From positions 310,001-374,000 of the forward strand of contig BAAIJX010000013.1 in assembly GCA_054600435.1 (NCBI GenBank): 64,000 nt of DNA. Direction: 5' to 3'. The translations under genes and the position numbers were made by a program. How positions within the stretch are numbered: the stretch's first letter is position 1; every line of letters begins with the position of its first letter. Below the pieces are notes generated by a model, which searched no databases, had not been told where the DNA came from, and saw only the letters and a program-made list of their open reading frames with translations. Positions 61,245-64,000 of this stretch are shown here, one piece after another. Origin of the DNA: Neophaeotheca triangularis (taxonomy: Eukaryota).

Positions 61245-62382
61245 GTTGGGCAGAGCGGAGAAGAGGTGGTTTTTGCGCTTCTCGTGAGGTTCGGTATTAG
61301 GTGCCGTCTTTCGACAGACTGATTAGGTAGACGGAGTGATGGTACTAGATTGAGCTCGAGCTCGAGATTGGAAGCTATTGGGCCGATGGCTTGTTGCTCC
61401 CTGATGTACACGTCGACTTGAACCTGCAGCGCCTGCTGAACCTCAAAGGTAAGTCGGAAGCAACGACGACGAAGAGTTGGTGGTGGAGGTGGTGGCGGCG
61501 GCGGTGGTGGGTTGTCGTTGTCGTCGGAGAGCGAGAGAGGAGAGGAAGAGGCGGAGGAGGAGGAGGAGGAGGAGGAGAGGGGGGGTTGTTGGTCGTCGGG
61601 TGGGTATTAAGGGGGAGGTAGTATTGAAGTATTGACAGGAATGGGCCGTGTCTCCGCGCTGGACCTTGGACTAGAGGTACTACTGAGACTGGCGAACCAG
61701 GAAGGCTCCACAAGCTGCGCTGATTCAGGCTCGTCTATCTGTCTGGCTTGGTAGAAGAAGCTGGGTCACGGTAAGGAAGTAAGCTCGCGTAATCAATAAG
61801 GTAGCAGTCAATCAATTCTCTAAGGTACCTTATATCGCTCTGCTTACTCACCTTGAAAAGAGACGCCTGCTTAAGACGGGACTGGGCTCCAGCTGGCGGA
61901 GGTAGGAGGCACAAGCATGAATTATTGAAATGAACCCTGCCCTGTTTGATGCGCCGGGTGAACAAAAAGGGGTGTGCACTGCGGGACAAAAGATGCTCGT
62001 TCTTTCTTTTCAACCACCTGTGACCGGTTGGGCGGCCCTTCAGTCAGTCTTTCTTTACTTGCCGTTTCACGAGAGGCCGCCGTTATGTCCTCGGCCAATC
62101 ATCTCTCCACCAGGCCAGCTTCCGGCATCCCCGCCAAGTCTTCTCGCGTGCGTCGCTACAGCCAATCCAAGGTTTGCAAAACACTAGCGCTTTCCTTATA
62201 CACCACTCTAGTTACTCTACACGTGCATAAATGATGTACAAGGTTCTATTCCCTTACCTACCTACCTAGGTAGGTACCACATACAATTGCAATGCCACAC
62301 CGCGAACATGGACGGGTCGACCTAATTCTCCAACAAGAATCCCTACTTTTACCCTAACCCCACCAACAACAACCCCTCCTCT

Positions 62383-64000
62383 CTACCCCCTCAACTCAAC
62401 CCCCCTCACCAACTCCCCACCCAAAACCCCAATCTCACTCAAAACAGCCTCCCGATTAACCTCCGCCTCCGCCTCCACCTCAGTCCCCTCCGCCTCCTCC
62501 TTCCCCTTCAAAACAGGCCTAGTATTGAAAGCCAGATTAACCTTCCACCCCCTCCTCCTCTGAACCCCCGGCATCCACAACCCCGCCAGCACAGCCCTCT
62601 CCCCACCCCCAGAAAAGAAAAGCACAGACTGTCCATACAAAACCTCCAATTCGCTCAAAAAAGCAGCCGCCGGGTCGAATCCCAGCAGTTTCGAGTCCAC
62701 GGTGGCTTCCATATCTAGGTTCTTGAAGGCTTGCTTTTTCGCTGCGGTTTTCTTTCCCCCCGCGACGGCGGTGGGGTTGAGGTGGATTGTGAAGTCGAAA
62801 TCGCTGAGGGGCGAGTTGAAGAGCGCTTCCGGCTGCAAGTGCAGGGCTTGGGCTTCGATTTCGCTGCATGCGGCGCGAGCGAGTGCGCTCATCCGGCCTG
62901 CCACGACCGGCGCAGGCGTGCTGTTGTCTGTCCACGTGGCGCCGGAGGTGTCGACCGAGGACGCTGCGAAGATTGCTAGACGGTTTAGGGCTGGGTCGAC
63001 GGAGCGCCAGGCTTCGAAGTTGGTGCGGATTGTTTGTACCGTGCTAGGTGTGAGGTTGTCGCTGCCCGTCGGGCTTAAGTTTACGATTAGGGGTGCTGTG
63101 CGCCAATCCCAGCGGGCCAGAAAGGCGAGGGTACGGAGGAAAGCTATTTGAGGCGTGGCTGGGGCAGAGTAGGGCCAGGGTTGGGTGAATGTTTGAGCTG
63201 CGAGGAGCTCGATCAAGGCCGGGGCGAAGTGGTTTTGCAGGAGGTGAGAGGCGAACCATTTCTTGAGTAGGCGGATGCTGCCACTTAGGGCTTGGTGGTG
63301 GTTGCAAAGGCGTGCCAGCGCTTGGGTATGGGCGGGTGCCGCAATATAGCCGCGTTTGTAGGCTGCCAGACCCGTGGCTGCCAGTTCTTTGGAGCGCGGG
63401 TCGATGGTGGGGGATTTGACTTGGCGCTCGAGTAGAGTCTGCTCGCGTTCATGATGGATACGGAGACGGAAGGAAGCACTCTCTGAGTATGTGATGTCGA
63501 GGTAAGCCTGGTTGAGAATGTCGCGATCTTCGTTCTCAAGACCAATTCGCGATTCTATCTCATTATTAGCTTCATGGAGAAGCTCGCTGGTCTTAAGTAA
63601 GAAAGCAATCTTTGTGCGCTGAATAGCTTGAAGATCGTCTGGCCAGCGCCCCGAGCCTTCGAACTGAATCACGCAGTTTGCCGGCATGCGAGGCTGCTTT
63701 CCAGGGCTACCTGGTGGAGCAACCGAGGAATAGCATAGTTGCGAATCCGCCGGACTAATCTGCCGAACCGTCAGGGGCATCCCATCCAAACCACGAATGT
63801 CGCTTTCGAGTTTCTTGAACGCTTCCATGATTGGCTGGTATGGTGCCGTGCCGTGCGGCTGACGGAGAAGGTTTGCAAAATTGTTTCCAGAGAAAGTGGC
63901 CTTGGTAGCTGGCTCGGTGCCGAAATGGCGCCAAAGCACGTAGCGCACAACTTGCTCTAGCACTGTGTGCTCGCCTTCACCCGCCCAGATGAGGGATTCG
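62383..64000 (-). CDS. UTP22: U3 snoRNA-associated protein 22 (Nrap family), 3' part; gene continues past the window end
   Basis: Open frame to the window edge. QFEGSGRWPDDLQAIQRTKIAFLLK, FRLRIHHERE, IRLLKKWFASHLL and FLARWDWR. Confidence 0.92.
   Translation of the reverse strand, partial: ESLIWAGEGEHTVLEQVVRYVLWRHFGTEPATKATFSGNNFANLLRQPHGTAPYQPIMEAFKKLESDIRGLDGMPLTVRQISPADSQLCYSSVAPPGSPGKQPRMPANCVIQFEGSGRWPDDLQAIQRTKIAFLLKTSELLHEANNEIESRIGLENEDRDILNQAYLDITYSESASFRLRIHHEREQTLLERQVKSPTIDPRSKELAATGLAAYKRGYIAAPAHTQALARLCNHHQALSGSIRLLKKWFASHLLQNHFAPALIELLAAQTFTQPWPYSAPATPQIAFLRTLAFLARWDWRTAPLIVNLSPTGSDNLTPSTVQTIRTNFEAWRSVDPALNRLAIFAASSVDTSGATWTDNSTPAPVVAGRMSALARAACSEIEAQALHLQPEALFNSPLSDFDFTIHLNPTAVAGGKKTAAKKQAFKNLDMEATVDSKLLGFDPAAAFLSELEVLYGQSVLFFSGGGERAVLAGLWMPGVQRRRGWKVNLAFNTRPVLKGKEEAEGTEVEAEAEVNREAVLSEIGVLGGELVRGVELRG

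Overview
Gene-dense fungal genomic DNA from a filamentous ascomycete (Pezizomycotina, probably Dothideomycetes; the class is inferred, not proven). Short GT-AG introns with CTRAC-type branch points split many genes, so the ORF track fragments them. About 26 protein-coding genes can be supported, mostly housekeeping: a GH72 Gas/Gel glucanosyltransferase (partial), CHO1, APC2, a DNA ligase I-family enzyme, NOP9, a group II PLP decarboxylase, DUR3, LCB1, a Whi5/Stb1-like protein, SWI1-like ARID protein, a Con-10-like repeat protein, MRPL49, eIF3e, MED9, iPGM, PKR1, SmD1, a GH16, VTS1, UTP22 (partial) and several hypotheticals. No transposase, integrase or CRISPR array was seen. Most notable: (1) two identical, divergent-type 5S rRNA genes in inverted orientation bracketing one small internally duplicated uncharacterised gene; (2) two roughly 1 kb ORF-less, stem-rich regions (about 41.6-43.1 kb and 55.3-56.3 kb) that look like unannotated structured RNAs; (3) a recurrent intergenic palindrome TACCTAGGTA; (4) several introns needing AAG acceptors; (5) a one-repeat-per-exon Con-10-like gene largely missed by the ORF track. 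All identifications are by eye from recalled family motifs; no searches were run.
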